Source: Candidatus Hydrogenedentota bacterium (GTDB lineage: Bacteria > Hydrogenedentota > Hydrogenedentia > Hydrogenedentales > SLHB01). From it: DNA of 64,000 nt. The translations under genes were made by a program, and so were the position numbers. A model generated the notes under the pieces. That model saw only the letters and a program-made list of their open reading frames with translations, was not told the origin of the DNA and did not search any database. The stretch spans positions 64,001 to 128,000 of the forward strand of contig BTVY01000006.1 in assembly GCA_045863335.1 (NCBI GenBank). The letters run 5' to 3'. This document shows, piece after piece, positions 47,564 through 58,645 of the stretch; the first letter of the stretch is position 1; each line of letters opens with the position of its first letter.

Positions 47564-47599
47564 TATGGACGATATGGATACTATGGACCATATGGACGA
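47564..47599. repeat. Nonamer tandem array (TATGGACNN) x4
   Basis: tatggacga tatggatac tatggacca tatggacga. Confidence 0.8.
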
Positions 47600-47712
47600 C
47601 GCTCACGCATAGTCCGATCTCGATCGGAGGGCAAGTTTTCTTACCCGCCAAGCCAAGCACTGCGAAAACTCGAACGACGCCTTACCGGGAGTTGACCCCG
47701 TCATCAGTAGTC

Positions 47713-49122
47713 TCAACCTTGCGCTTCGCCTTTTGCGACGGATCGAATTCGATGGGGCGGCCACCATACGGCCGAAACGACGCCCACGAGGGAATCCTTC
47801 GGAACAAAGCCGACGATTCGGCTGTCGGGACCGGTCGAACCATCTTCCGCGAGAACGAGGAATTGGTCTTCGGGCACAGTGGATTTCCTCTTGCCGAGCC
47901 ACTTGGCGCGTTCCTTGGAATCGGAATCCTCTGGCGCGCCCTCGCGCTGCGCCGAGCGGCCGGTGGACGTGCCGTTTACATAAACCACGCCGTCTTCGAC
48001 GGCGATCGTGTCGCCAGGGGAACCGGCAACCACACCAAACGCAAGGTCCGTGGCGGAGGCGCCGCCGGGCGCGTGAACGGAAACAGTGAACGCAACACTT
48101 TCGCCAGGCTCAGGCGCGCGCCCCGGGTACACCGGGATGCCGAGAAGCGGAAGCCGCACACCGAAGGCGGCGCGATTGATGAGCACGCGTTCTCCTTTGG
48201 CCGCGCGTTTGCCCAGCGCACCGCCCCGCAGCCGCCAGGGCAGGAAGAAAAAGGCGCGGCACACTTCATACCCAATGAGTAGGCCGGGAATGCCGAACAG
48301 CAGGGCGAGGCCCGTTGCGGTGTCCGTAAATCCGCTGAGGTCCTTTCGATGGCCGATGGGCCACCACACGCAGAACGCCCGGCCCAGCAAATGGTCGTGC
48401 GGCACCCAGCCGAAATACCGGCCATCCTGGCTGTTCGCGCTGTTGTCGCCCATCATGAGGTAGTGGTCTTCCGGCACGACCGCATACTGATCTTCTTCGC
48501 GAACGCCGTAATTCAGCAGGCCCGCACGTTCCATCTGGGCGAGCTTGCTGTAGTAGGCGCGCGCCATCTGCAGGGCTTCGCCGGGATTCTGCGGGTTCTC
48601 CGCGATGATAGCTCGTTGCACGTCTTCGAAAGGCGGCTCTTCGCCCACGTAATGCACGTCCGGCATGTCCTCCGGAAGTTCGAGGGGTTCGCCATCGGCG
48701 TAGATCTTGCCGTTGAAGATGTGAATGCGCTCGCCCGGCAGACCGACCACGCGTTTGATCAGGATCTTGCGCGGTTCCTCGGGCTCGACCGAACGGAACA
48801 CGACGATGTCCCAACGCTTCGGTTCGTCCAGGCGGAAGATGCGTGTATTCGTAAAGGGGATGCGCGGACCGTAGATCCATTTGTTCACGAACACGCGGTC
48901 CCCGATAAAGAACCCGGGATCGCCATGCAAGGTCGGCTCCATGGATCCACTGGGAATCCGGAACGGCTGAATGCCGATCCACCATACCGTCAGCACGATG
49001 GCGATCAGCTTGACCCAACTGACCAGATTCTCCCAGGTCCAGGGCCCGGTGATGGATTGAATGGATTGGGCTACGACTTGCCAGATGCCGCTTTCAGCGG
49101 GTGCTACTCGAGGTTTCTTCAT
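47713..49122 (-). CDS. lepB: Signal peptidase I with a second, degenerate S26 domain
   Basis: IPSGSMEPTL, LIKRVVGLPG, MGDN...SQDGR; directly downstream of lepA. Confidence 0.92.
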   Translation of the reverse strand: MKKPRVAPAESGIWQVVAQSIQSITGPWTWENLVSWVKLIAIVLTVWWIGIQPFRIPSGSMEPTLHGDPGFFIGDRVFVNKWIYGPRIPFTNTRIFRLDEPKRWDIVVFRSVEPEEPRKILIKRVVGLPGERIHIFNGKIYADGEPLELPEDMPDVHYVGEEPPFEDVQRAIIAENPQNPGEALQMARAYYSKLAQMERAGLLNYGVREEDQYAVVPEDHYLMMGDNSANSQDGRYFGWVPHDHLLGRAFCVWWPIGHRKDLSGFTDTATGLALLFGIPGLLIGYEVCRAFFFLPWRLRGGALGKRAAKGERVLINRAAFGVRLPLLGIPVYPGRAPEPGESVAFTVSVHAPGGASATDLAFGVVAGSPGDTIAVEDGVVYVNGTSTGRSAQREGAPEDSDSKERAKWLGKRKSTVPEDQFLVLAEDGSTGPDSRIVGFVPKDSLVGVVSAVWWPPHRIRSVAKGEAQG

Positions 49123-49123
49123 C

Positions 49124-50941
<1,818 letters not shown>

Positions 50942-50974
50942 ATCAGGTTCGATGCTCAATCCTGCACGTTGCGT

Positions 50975-51727
50975 TTAGGGAAACAACTGCGCGATGACGC
51001 GCAAGCTGCGAAATTCACTCTCCACCTGTCGGGCCGCGTACCGGCTGATTATGTCGAAAACCTCGGGCGAATCGTCGACCTCGGGACACCGGTCGCGCGC
51101 CGCCGCCAATCGCTTTAGGCGCTCCAAGTTGTCCATGCGAAGCGATCGATCGGCACGCTCGCCGGGCGACACGATTCCCGCATCGTACGAGAATCCGGCA
51201 CTGCGTTTGCCTTCAATGTCGCCGTTCAGTTCAGGTTCAAACCCGGCCACGCGCAGCAACTGCAATATCTGCCACGCCGCATGCACGCGAACCGGACCGG
51301 TCCAAGCGCACATGCCGTCGAGGCCCCGAAGTAGCGTGTCGTACAACGCCCGGGACGGCTCGTTCTCCTGTGCTGTCTTGTACGCGAACTCCAGCGGAAA
51401 CGCCGCGTACGCGCCCTTGGCCAAGTCCGCCTTCAGCGCACTGAACCCATCCAGCAGCGATGCTTCGCCGAGCTTCTGGACGCTGCGGCCGTCTTTCCAG
51501 TAGTAGACAATCTCGAGCCGGTTGAACGTATCCAGCAGGCCCGCCAATTGGCTCTTCGGCCGCCGTACGCCTGCTGCCATGCACGCCAATTTGCCCCGCT
51601 CGGGACTCAGAAAGGTCACGATCCGGCTCGTTTCGCTGAAATCCACGGCCCGAATCACCACGACTTCCGATCGCTCTTGCGACACTGGCGGCTCCCGCGC
51701 GACGGTTTCCGGCCCCGAGGCCGGCAT
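50975..51727 (-). CDS. recO: DNA repair protein RecO
   Basis: VIRAVDFSETSRIVTFLS...GK...AGVRRPKS; operon context. Confidence 0.88.
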   Translation of the reverse strand: MPASGPETVAREPPVSQERSEVVVIRAVDFSETSRIVTFLSPERGKLACMAAGVRRPKSQLAGLLDTFNRLEIVYYWKDGRSVQKLGEASLLDGFSALKADLAKGAYAAFPLEFAYKTAQENEPSRALYDTLLRGLDGMCAWTGPVRVHAAWQILQLLRVAGFEPELNGDIEGKRSAGFSYDAGIVSPGERADRSLRMDNLERLKRLAAARDRCPEVDDSPEVFDIISRYAARQVESEFRSLRVIAQLFP

Positions 51728-51840
51728 CGGTTCAATCGTACAAACCGCCCAACGTCAGTGCTTGCACGGGGAAGCAGACTGGAACCAGGCGGGCAAACGC
51801 TCCTAAAGGATACCATTCCGGCGAATGGGACGCAAAAGAC

Positions 51841-51990
51841 AGGTGCGAGGCTGGAGACTGGAGGCTGGAGGTACGAGCTGCCGCCAGCACCGGTTGGGCC
51901 CAATCCGCCCGATCAGTCGGATCGGTCGGATGGGGCTGGTGCGTTTGCCACCGCTGGCATCCGTGTCGGTCTGTGTTGGTCGCTGTCTTG
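51841..51990. repeat. Stack of different periodic arrays in one intergenic gap
   Basis: Heptamers aggtgcg aggctgg agactgg aggctgg aggtacg (51841-51875); nonamers of the gatcggtcg type (51892-51936); weaker tccgtgtc-type units near 51960-51990. Confidence 0.7.
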
Positions 51991-51993
51991 GTC

Positions 51994-52812
51994 CTACCCG
52001 CCCATGGCCTCCATGAGCATGTGTGTGAAGATCCCGGAGCCGGGCAGGTTCTGTCCACCGTCGGAGACAATCAGAGCGCCGGTGATATAGCTCGCCAACG
52101 GCGACGCCAGAAACACGGCCAATTGGCCGATGTCGTCCACGGTGCCGAACCGCTTCAGGGGCACCACTTCCCGAAACTTCTCGCGCATCCCGTCCGGCAG
52201 AAGCCGCTGGAATCCTTCCGTGCCTTCGATGGGTCCGGGCGCGATGCTGTTGCAGCGGATCCCGTAGGGGCCCCATTCCAGGGCAAGGTTCTGCATGAAA
52301 TTGTCGATACCTGCCTTGGCGGCGCCCACGTGACACTGGGCGAAATAGGGCAAGAACGCTTGACCCGCCGAGATGAAGATCACGCTGCCTTTCGTCTTCT
52401 TGAGCTGGTCGACGGCAAACCGGCAGGAATTGAACGTCCCCAGCAGATCGATGTCGATGACGGCCTTGAAGCCGTTCGGGCTCATGGCCTCGACGGGACA
52501 CGGAAAATTCCCCGCCGCGCCGCAGATGAGCACGTCCATGGGGCCAAGTTCTTCTTCGGAGCGCTGGTAGGCGGCCTGAAGCGCGTCCGCATTCCGCACG
52601 TCCGCCGCAACGGCACAGACCGTCGCGCCCAGCGCACGCAGTTCTTCCGCCGCGCCATCGAGCCGTTCCTGAGTGCGGCCGCAGATGCCGAGGTTCGCGC
52701 CGAGGGCGGCGAAATTCTTCCCGATGCCAAGATTAATGCCGCTGCCGCCGCCCGTGATGAAGACAGTCTTGCCCTTGAACAAGTCCTTCGCGAACACGCT
52801 GGAAATCTGCAT
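51994..52812 (-). CDS. SDR family oxidoreductase (2,4-dienoyl-CoA reductase-like)
   Basis: ITGGGSGI, AAGNF, AAKAG, LALEWG, IAPGPI. Confidence 0.92.
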   Translation of the reverse strand: MQISSVFAKDLFKGKTVFITGGGSGINLGIGKNFAALGANLGICGRTQERLDGAAEELRALGATVCAVAADVRNADALQAAYQRSEEELGPMDVLICGAAGNFPCPVEAMSPNGFKAVIDIDLLGTFNSCRFAVDQLKKTKGSVIFISAGQAFLPYFAQCHVGAAKAGIDNFMQNLALEWGPYGIRCNSIAPGPIEGTEGFQRLLPDGMREKFREVVPLKRFGTVDDIGQLAVFLASPLASYITGALIVSDGGQNLPGSGIFTHMLMEAMGG

Positions 52813-53076
52813 AATACCTCCGCACGACCGTTGTGCTTTGCCTGACCGGGTTGGAAGTCCACAGCATGCCCTGCGGACCCCCTGATTTCAAACAACCCGC
52901 GAGGGTTTGAATCGAATTCCAGTCAGGGGCACTTCGCAGGCCGGAAGCATGCACCACAATTCTGGACACCACAATCTCGCAAGTTGCCTGACCATCCGCC
53001 GTGCCGTAGAATCATTGCGGGGGAAATCTTTCAACACACAAGACCCGCGATGGTCTTGACTACAGGAGTGCATGCC

Positions 53077-53493
53077 ATGACGCTATCGCGCAGAACCTTT
53101 GTTTCGACCCTTCTCTGTTCCGGCGCCGGTGTGGTCTACGCCGCCGAAAAAGGGAGTAGCGGAAACGCCGGGAGCGATTCCAATCCCGTCTTCGTCGTCG
53201 CGGAGATCGAAGTCAAGCCGGGCAAACGGGACGAGTTCATCGCCATCTTCAAGAAAAACGTGCCCAACGTCCTCGCCGAAGACGGCTGCATCTTCTACGA
53301 GCCCGTCATCGACACGGTGACGGATCTGGCTGCGCAAGCCCCGCGCCGCGACAATGTCATGACGGTGATGGAGAAATGGGCCAGCCTCGACGCGTTGCGC
53401 GCGCATCTCCAAGCACCGCACATGAAGACCTACGGCGAAGCGGTGAAGGATCTGGTCGCAGGGGTGACGATTCGGGTGATGGAAGCCGCGTAG
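53077..53493 (+). CDS. ABM/quinol monooxygenase family protein with a Tat-like signal
   Basis: AGGAG RBS; SRRTFV; EDGCIFY, EKWASLDALRAHLQAPHM. Confidence 0.88.
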   Translation: MTLSRRTFVSTLLCSGAGVVYAAEKGSSGNAGSDSNPVFVVAEIEVKPGKRDEFIAIFKKNVPNVLAEDGCIFYEPVIDTVTDLAAQAPRRDNVMTVMEKWASLDALRAHLQAPHMKTYGEAVKDLVAGVTIRVMEAA

Positions 53494-53528
53494 GAATTAA
53501 GATTTACGAATTATGAATTAAGAATTGG
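53494..53528. repeat. Heptamer array (GAATTAN) x5, left flank of the four-helix-bundle gene
   Basis: gaattaa gatttac gaattat gaattaa gaattgg. Confidence 0.9.
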
Positions 53529-53608
53529 GACGCCAAAGCAAAGATACGCGGGATAACGTGAGGCACTCGACACAAAACCACATCCTCGCGTTCTGTGCAT
53601 GAGTGTCA

Positions 53609-53971
53609 TTAACCGTCATGCTTGGGCTTGGTGTTTTTTCTTATGGTTCCGATGAGTCGACATAGTTCTTCAGCTTCCGAGTGGATCGACTCAAATTCGG
53701 TTTCGGATAGATAGTCGGTATCCTTCAAGAGCCGGAGCCAGTATGAGGTTTCTCTTGCCTCCCTGTAGGCGATTCCCATCTTCGCTCGAAAATCGGCGCG
53801 AGACTGTGCGCCGACGGCCTCCTCGACATTGGCGCCAATACTCGTACCGCTCCGCAAGACCTGCTTTGACAATACGTGCTCTTTCTTTGTGTCACGCAGG
53901 AACTGGCACATCCGCACGATCCGCACAGCGAATGCGTAGCTCTTGTGCTGGACCATGTTGTCCGTCTTCAT
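53609..53971 (-). CDS. Four helix bundle protein (23S rRNA IVP/Avd-like family)
   Basis: KSYAFAVRIV, LSKQVLRSGTSIGANVEEA, SRADF, EARETSYWLRLL. Confidence 0.95.
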   Translation of the reverse strand: MKTDNMVQHKSYAFAVRIVRMCQFLRDTKKEHVLSKQVLRSGTSIGANVEEAVGAQSRADFRAKMGIAYREARETSYWLRLLKDTDYLSETEFESIHSEAEELCRLIGTIRKNTKPKHDG

Positions 53972-53992
53972 ACGCGGCCGATCCCATAAGTT

Positions 53993-54027
53993 GCGAATCT
54001 TAATTCATAATTCCTAATTCGTAATTC
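53993..54027. repeat. Heptamer array, inverted, right flank of the four-helix-bundle gene
   Basis: Reverse complement: gaattac gaattag gaattat gaattaa gattcgc. Confidence 0.9.
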
Positions 54028-55033
54028 AAAGTTCCCCATTGCCTCCGGCAGCGAAGACGATTACATCGCCGGACTTCAGCTTGGGGAAGTTGGTGCAATC
54101 GAAACGCTCTTTACCGCGGTAGACGCGGAGGACGGAGATGCCCGGCAGATCATGGGGGTGTTTGCCGACGTCGTCCGGCCGGACGCTGCGTTCGTCCATG
54201 CGGAGAGCGCCGCCGACGGAGAGCAGGTCTTTCATGACTTCGGCGAGATGGGGGCGGCGGGTGGCGGCGGCCATCAAGTTACCGCCCGCGGTGGCGGAGG
54301 ACACGATGGTGCGCGCGCCGCTGCGTTGAAGGAGTTTGACGTTTTCCGCTTCGTGGCACATGGCGATGATGTGGCAGTCGGGATTGAGATCCTGCGCGGT
54401 CAAGGCAATAAGCACCGAGGTGTCGTCGCGGCCCGCGCTGATGATGACATGCGCGGCGCGCTCGATGGCCACGGTCTTCAGAACCCCTTCCTTCGTGGCA
54501 TCGCCCCGTATGGCCGCGATGCCCATGGCTGTTGCGGCTTGCAGCGCGGTCTCGCGCGTTTCGATCACGATGATGTGATCCTTGGGCGTACCCTGCAGCA
54601 GCAGTTCGGCGGCCACGGCGGAGTTGGTGCCCCCGAACCCGCAGAGGATCGTATGGCGGTCAAGTTTGTCCACGATCTGTTTCAATCGAAATTCCTCCTG
54701 GAATCGCCGGAACACGAACTGGTAGGCGGTCCCGAACAAGGTAAAGATGACAATTAATCGAACGGGCGTCAGCAGCAGGGCATCGGTCACGCGGGTTGCC
54801 GTTTTCACGGGAGTAATGTCGCCATAGCCGACGGTCGTAATTGAAACGATGATGAAATAGAGGGTATCGAAGAAGCCGGGGGGCTTGTTGGTCCGATGAT
54901 CGAGTAGGCCGCCTTCCGCCCACATCGCGGTCGTGGCAATCAACAGCAGCGCGATGATGAACGCGGCCCGCCACGCAACATTGTGCCACGTCGGAAACGA
55001 GGGCGGATTGTATAGCGTTCCTTCTTTTGGCAT
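54026..55033 (-). CDS. Potassium channel (two TM helices + pore, TrkA-N/RCK)
   Basis: TTVGYGD selectivity filter; HTILCGFG; GDAT. Confidence 0.93.
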   Translation of the reverse strand: MPKEGTLYNPPSFPTWHNVAWRAAFIIALLLIATTAMWAEGGLLDHRTNKPPGFFDTLYFIIVSITTVGYGDITPVKTATRVTDALLLTPVRLIVIFTLFGTAYQFVFRRFQEEFRLKQIVDKLDRHTILCGFGGTNSAVAAELLLQGTPKDHIIVIETRETALQAATAMGIAAIRGDATKEGVLKTVAIERAAHVIISAGRDDTSVLIALTAQDLNPDCHIIAMCHEAENVKLLQRSGARTIVSSATAGGNLMAAATRRPHLAEVMKDLLSVGGALRMDERSVRPDDVGKHPHDLPGISVLRVYRGKERFDCTNFPKLKSGDVIVFAAGGNGEL

Positions 55034-55036
55034 GAT

Positions 55037-57295
55037 CTATTCAGCAGTCGGCTCGGGCGTACCGAGCGCAAGCATGTTGGCGAACAACCGCAGCGCGCCG
55101 GGATGCAGTTCGCGAATCTGACGGTACAATCCCAACGCGCAGTACAGATAGTCGCCTTCCCCCACCGGTGCATACAGCAAACTGCCCGGCGGAATGTCTT
55201 CGCCGGGGTCAACGCACGCGACAAGCGGCGTGTAGGTTTCGGCCCACTGGTCTGGAAAGTACAAGCCGCGTTCCTGAATCCAGCCGCTCCAATCCGCTTC
55301 CACGATCGTATTGGGTGTCGTGAACAATGGATGCTCGGGCGCAAGCAGCGTGACCGGCGCGTCTTCCACAGTGACGCGATTGCGCGACACCTGGATGGGA
55401 TATGGCGCGTATTCCGGTTTCCACTCCTGCGTCTTCTGGTACATGACCAACAGGCTGCCGCCCCGATTCGCATAGTCAAGCAACGCCTGATTGTTCGCGA
55501 CGAGGTCGGGCCGCACGAGGTAGGCCCGGATGTCGACGATGATCGAGGTGAACGCGTCCAGGCGATTCGGCGAAAAATCTTCGATTGAAAGGGCCTTATG
55601 TGGGATGCCCAACCGTTCGAGCGTATTCATGAAAGTGACGTCGTAACTTTGAACCACGCCCACGTTGAGCCCGTCGGGAATCTGAACGTCCACGATCCGC
55701 GCAACGCCAAAATGGGGTTCACGCTCGCCTTCCACCATCACGTTGAGAATGTAGTCCCGCGGTTCGAGATTCTCGCCAACTACTGCGTTCAGAGGAATGA
55801 TCTTCTGATCCCCCTCCGCGGCAAAGGAAAACTCGGCCCGTTGTCGATCGACGATGAACCCCGGCGACATGGAGAACACGACCGATCCCGAATGCGGACC
55901 GGGCGTGTTGTTGGTGAGGAGCACGTTAAAGGTGCATTCCTTGTCCACGCCGCGGCGCACGAGGTAGGGCCCGCCGGCGAAAGCGATATCGACAGGTCGC
56001 GCAACTTCCAGCGCGACGGGAACGCGCAGTTCGAGGACATCGGTCCCCGCCGTTGCTTCGGCAATAACATCGAATTGGGGCTCCATGAAGTGGGGGTCGA
56101 ACAGGTGATCGGCCAACGGGACGTTGACGGTCGTGTCTTCAGGCATTGGCACCGTGAGCGTAGTACTCACCGTCTTCTGTCCGTCCATGCGCATCACCGA
56201 TTCGTTGGGCGCCGCACCGTCGAACCCGGGCCTCGGTTCGATGCGAAACCGCACACTTTGCGCTTCGGGCGTGCCAAAGTCGGTGAAACTGACCGCGATT
56301 GAAACCTTCTGTCCCGGAACCGCGCGCGTATCCGCGGGATGTGCTTCCAGTTGAAGCTCATCCTGAAGCACCGATACGCGGTTCCGCCGCTCCCGCTGGC
56401 TGTCCAGGGCATTGCGTTCGGCGAGCCCGGCGAAGAGGACACCGCGCGACACGTCCAACGCTTCGCCCCCAACGCCGGCATGGAGGTTCTCCTTTGTCAG
56501 AACATAATGCGCCTGGACCGTGCCGCTGAGATAACGGTCGATAAAGAACTGCATGCCTTGCGAGTCGTGCTCGTCCAGCGCGGCCGCGGCAATCTCCGCG
56601 TAGGTCTTGCCCCGCGCCGAGTCGAGTTCGTTGAAATCGATGGTCACGGAATCCGGCGTCGGTTCCCAGGAACGCAGATACAGACGCTGCGATTGCCAGG
56701 GCGCGAGACCTTCCTCCGCCAGTTCCGCGAACTGCGCCGGATCGGCGGCGGCATCAAAAGCCTCCTGCAGCGCGATGCCGATGGCTTGATGATGACCGTG
56801 ATCCTTGTTCCGGCCATGGTTCGAAATGATGACGTCGGGACGGGTTTCGCGAATGACCCGCACCAGTCTTCGCACCGTCTCGTCGTGTCCCCAGACGGCG
56901 AAGGTCTCCTCCGGGGACTTGGAAAATCCAAACTCCGGCAGGTTGAGGAAATGGAGTTCGGCGCCGGTGATCGCCGCGGCGCGCATCATCTCGCGCGTGC
57001 GAATGACCCCCAATTCGTTGTACAGTTCAGGTCCGATTTCATTCTGGCCGCCTTCGCCCCGTGTTGCGATGACCGCGACGGTATGATACCCATATTTCTT
57101 CCGGTACATGGCCAACGTGGCGCCGTCTTCATCATCGGGATGAGCGGCGACACACATGAGGCGAAGGTCGGTGCTGAGATCGAGCACGGCCTGGCGCAAA
57201 GGAATCTCGCCCAGTTCGGTTTGCTCGGCGCGCGCAGGACAAACCAAGGCGAACAGCAGAAACAATACGCAAGTGGAAAGGATGTAGTTTTTCAT
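55037..57295 (-). CDS. Secreted PIG-L family deacetylase with beta-sandwich and glutamine-amidotransferase-like C-terminal domains
   Basis: AHPDDE, TRGEGGQN, FGFSK, HGHH; WIQERGLYF. Confidence 0.9.
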   Translation of the reverse strand: MKNYILSTCVLFLLFALVCPARAEQTELGEIPLRQAVLDLSTDLRLMCVAAHPDDEDGATLAMYRKKYGYHTVAVIATRGEGGQNEIGPELYNELGVIRTREMMRAAAITGAELHFLNLPEFGFSKSPEETFAVWGHDETVRRLVRVIRETRPDVIISNHGRNKDHGHHQAIGIALQEAFDAAADPAQFAELAEEGLAPWQSQRLYLRSWEPTPDSVTIDFNELDSARGKTYAEIAAAALDEHDSQGMQFFIDRYLSGTVQAHYVLTKENLHAGVGGEALDVSRGVLFAGLAERNALDSQRERRNRVSVLQDELQLEAHPADTRAVPGQKVSIAVSFTDFGTPEAQSVRFRIEPRPGFDGAAPNESVMRMDGQKTVSTTLTVPMPEDTTVNVPLADHLFDPHFMEPQFDVIAEATAGTDVLELRVPVALEVARPVDIAFAGGPYLVRRGVDKECTFNVLLTNNTPGPHSGSVVFSMSPGFIVDRQRAEFSFAAEGDQKIIPLNAVVGENLEPRDYILNVMVEGEREPHFGVARIVDVQIPDGLNVGVVQSYDVTFMNTLERLGIPHKALSIEDFSPNRLDAFTSIIVDIRAYLVRPDLVANNQALLDYANRGGSLLVMYQKTQEWKPEYAPYPIQVSRNRVTVEDAPVTLLAPEHPLFTTPNTIVEADWSGWIQERGLYFPDQWAETYTPLVACVDPGEDIPPGSLLYAPVGEGDYLYCALGLYRQIRELHPGALRLFANMLALGTPEPTAE

Positions 57296-57329
57296 GGCGC
57301 ACAGTATAGCACGCAAGACAGCTAACGCC

Positions 57330-57935
57330 ATGTCGCGCAACAGGTACGGCGCACTCGCGCTGCTGATGTTGATGATATCCGGCTGCGCGCTCTTCAACGA
57401 CAACCTGCGCGTCGTTGAACGCGGCGAGTTGTGGCGGTCCGCGCAGATGTCTCCCGAAAGGCTCGCCAATACCATCCAAAAACACGATATCAAAACGGTA
57501 ATCAGTCTGCGCGGCGTCAATGAAAGCGAATCGTGGTATCGCGACGAAGTGACTATCTGCGAGGAACTGGGTGTAACGCGCTACGATTTGCCCTGGACCA
57601 TGCGCCGCATTCCGGAACCACAGTCGCTGCAACAACTGATCACATGGTTCGAGACTGCCGAGAAGCCCATCCTCGTGCACTGCCAGGCGGGTATCCATCG
57701 TGCCGGCGTGGCCTCGGCTTCGTACAAACTGTATAAAGGCGCGGATGTCGAGACCGCGCGCGATCAGTTTGGACTCTATTTCGGCGACGCGCCCATCGGC
57801 AACGTGCTGGACTTGTACGAGGGCAGCGAGATACCCTTCGCCGCATGGGTGCGCACGGATTATCCCATTGTTTATGCAACCAGGATAGCGGAGACGGAGA
57901 TGAAATCCGGGGCCGGGGAGGACGCGTCGCCATGA
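57330..57935 (+). CDS. Tyrosine/dual-specificity phosphatase family lipoprotein
   Basis: ISGC lipobox; LWRSAQ; HCQAGIHRAG (CX5R). Confidence 0.88.
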   Translation: MSRNRYGALALLMLMISGCALFNDNLRVVERGELWRSAQMSPERLANTIQKHDIKTVISLRGVNESESWYRDEVTICEELGVTRYDLPWTMRRIPEPQSLQQLITWFETAEKPILVHCQAGIHRAGVASASYKLYKGADVETARDQFGLYFGDAPIGNVLDLYEGSEIPFAAWVRTDYPIVYATRIAETEMKSGAGEDASP

Positions 57936-58645
57936 GATTTGGTGCGATTGATGCCGTGCTCTTCGACATGGATGAAACGCTCATTTATCACACGCGTTCC
58001 TTCAAGGATATTGCGCGCGAATCGTACGAACGGTATGCGGCCGAGTTGAAGCCCGTGACGTTCGACGAGTATTGGACGACGCTCTGGGACAAGGCGACGG
58101 ACATGTGGTTCATGATGATCGATGGCGTTCTGGAGGGCGAAGACGCGCGCCGGTACACATTCATCAATACACTGCGCGCGCTCGACGCCGACCCCGAACT
58201 CGGCCCGCGCCTGATCGAACGCGCGGACACGTGCATGCTCGAGTCGACACATGTAATGGACGACGCCATTGCGGTCATGAGCCGGATGCGGGAGGCCGGA
58301 TTGCGCCTCGGTATTGTGACGAACGGGTACAGTTGCATTCAGCGGATGAAGATCGATCATCACAAGCTGCACAGTCATGTGGATTTTGCAATCGTTTCCG
58401 AAGAAGTAGGCGCGCACAAACCAGAACCGGCGATTTTCGACGCAGCCATCGCGCAGGCCGCTTGCAGCCCCGAGCGAATTCTGTTCGTTGGCGATACGCT
58501 GGAAAACGATTTCATCGGCGCTCGAAACGCCGGGCTCGAAGCCGTACTTATCGACCACGACGCCACCCGCGCGGACAGTCCCATTGAAGAAGAGCGGTAC
58601 ATCCGGAAGTTAACCGAACTGCTGCCCATGCTGGGGCTGGCTTAA
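57932..58645 (+). CDS. HAD family hydrolase
   Basis: FDMDETL, IVTNG, KPEP, VGDTLEND; ATGA overlap with the upstream gene. Confidence 0.92.
   Translation: MRFGAIDAVLFDMDETLIYHTRSFKDIARESYERYAAELKPVTFDEYWTTLWDKATDMWFMMIDGVLEGEDARRYTFINTLRALDADPELGPRLIERADTCMLESTHVMDDAIAVMSRMREAGLRLGIVTNGYSCIQRMKIDHHKLHSHVDFAIVSEEVGAHKPEPAIFDAAIAQAACSPERILFVGDTLENDFIGARNAGLEAVLIDHDATRADSPIEEERYIRKLTELLPMLGLA

Noticed and set aside
53609-53971. Diversity-generating retroelement or 23S rRNA intervening sequence
   Set aside because: No reverse transcriptase, TR/VR pair or rRNA sequence seen in the window.
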